The notes under the pieces: generated by a model
Databases searched by the model: none
The model's input: the letters and a program-made list of their open reading frames with translations, nothing else
What the model was told of the DNA's origin: nothing
Origin: the human T2T-CHM13v2.0 reference genome, Homo sapiens
NCBI RefSeq assembly: GCF_009914755.1
Contig: NC_060939.1
DNA length: 64,000 nt
Strand: one strand, 5' to 3'
Shown: one piece after another, positions 62,400 to 64,000 of the stretch
How the letters are laid out: each line of letters begins with the position of its first letter
Position numbering within the stretch: the stretch's first letter is position 1
Made by a program: the position numbers and the translations under genes

Positions 62400-63300
62400 A
62401 AAAACTAATTAATTAATACATGTTGAGCAGGAGTAGAGAAGAGGAAAGTAAAAGTGTGATAAGTCTCTTATATAGGAGAACCAGTAATAGTCTTCCATTC
62501 TTATAATTGGTTGAAAATTACATATATATGCTAATCTCTGTGTATATGTATATTTTTATATACATATAATGTGCATATGTGAATATATATATAACTGTAG
62601 AACAAAAATGTGCATTCTACAAATGGGAATATAGAATAAAATTTGTAGAAAAAATAACTAATAGGAAGAAAGAGGAGCTACAATGACATATAATGTATAG
62701 GGAAGAAGAAAACAGTAAGTATAAACCACAAAGAATAAAATAAAATGCCAAATAAGACTATACCTGACTTGGCATAGTGAATATAAATGGCTTAAAAGAT
62801 AACAATAAAAGGCAAATAAAATCAGATTATATCAAAAGGTAAAAATCTAAATTTACTAATTATAAGAAGCACATGTATAAACAAATTGACAAAGAAATGT
62901 TGAAAATAAAGGGATTCAAAAGTTTCCCTGGTCAAAAGGAACATAGAAAAGTTAGAGGAATAGACAGGTAGAAATATTAGAATCAGACACAGCATCATGT
63001 ATCATGGCAAAAAATATGAAATGGATAAAATGATTATTATACACCTGTAAAAGTTACAATGCACAGTGCAAACATAAGCATCACAAACAATCCATACACT
63101 GAGGAAATACATAAAATAAAAACTGTTAGGAAGGAAAGGAAACCTTACATAAAACTTTAACATAACTGTAACATACATCTAGGAGATAAAACAGAATTTC
63201 CGGAATGACAAAATATCTTTAATAGGCATGACTAAGCTTTACACTATACAGAGAATATGCCTTTTTCTGTAACATCCACAAAACAAACAGTAAAATTCAC
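62400..63300 (+). mobile_element. Old L1M fragment (ORF2 start region)
   Basis: atataaatggcttaaa...aaaaggcaaa...tcagatt...gaaatattagaatcagaca. Confidence 0.6.
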
Positions 63301-63498
63301 TATAATGGTTTTAATAAAGTGTGAGTATTTTGACTCATCCACCCCAAAAGGGCGTATTCTTTCTACACTAATTGTATAGCCCAGGATGTTAGGAATTAAC
63401 CAATATTCTTTAGTCCTTGAAAGATCTTAACTTTGAAAACACTCAGAGACAACATACAAATAAAACCCACACCAGCTTTTCTGTGTGCTTTATCTGAC

Positions 63499-63972
63499 TG
63501 TAGTAGGCTGAATAAAGGCCTCCAAAGATGTCCCCATTCTAAGCCCTGGAACCTGTGAATGTTACTTTACATAGCAAAAGGGACTATGCAGATGTGACTA
63601 AGAATCTTGAGACAGGGAGATTTTCCTGGGGATTATCCAGGTGGGCCCTAAATGCAATTTCAAGTCTCTTTATAAGAGAGATTTAGAAGGAAACTTCATC
63701 AAAGAACAGGAAAAAATCAGTGTGACCATAGAAGCAGAGATTGAAGCGATGTGGTCACAAGGCAAGGAATGCTGGCAGCCACCAGACACCGGAAGAGGTC
63801 AGGAACAGATTCTCCCCCGGAACCTCCAGAGGGGAGACAGCCCTGCTGTCACCTTGATTTTAAGCCAGTGATGTTGATTTCAGACTCTGGCCTCTGGAAC
63901 TGAGTAAATAAATGTGTGTTGTTTTATCCACTAAATGTCTGTTTTAAGCCACCTACCACAGGAAAGTAATAC
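63499..63972 (+). mobile_element. MaLR LTR (MLT1C/D-like)
   Basis: tgtagtaggctgaat...ccctggaacctgtgaatgttac...ggattatccaggtgggccc...gttttaagccac. Confidence 0.9.
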
Positions 63973-64000
63973 TCTAACCTCCAGCTAGTTTCTCTCTCTG

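Overview
Primate (human-like) genomic DNA with no intact protein-coding gene. It looks like a mosaic segmental duplication. In order: a ~29-bp minisatellite and old L1 (1-3.3 kb); a repeat-poor GC-rich block of unknown origin (3.3-11.5 kb); a CpG-island promoter and first exon (14.1-15.0 kb) followed by an Alu-dense intron-like tract holding a 5'-inverted L1PA, a full-length Hsmar1 mariner, a U6 pseudogene and a ~5-kb old L1M; a PAK2 processed pseudogene with complete CDS and ~4.2-kb 3'UTR (44.15-49.99 kb); and an LTR/L2/L1-rich tail with candidate exons. From memory, a PAK2 pseudogene (LOC646214) is annotated in pericentromeric 15q11.2, but I cannot verify that placement here. The most unusual structure is the PAK2 retrocopy fused head-to-head to a truncated L1PA, with both poly(A) tails facing outward and no TSDs. 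Both PAK2 junctions also fall at nearly the same L1 ORF2 coordinate. The retrocopy's single frameshift sits at the regulatory/kinase domain boundary, leaving an open 249-aa CRIB-containing ORF. Repeat subfamily calls are by eye and old-repeat boundaries are approximate.
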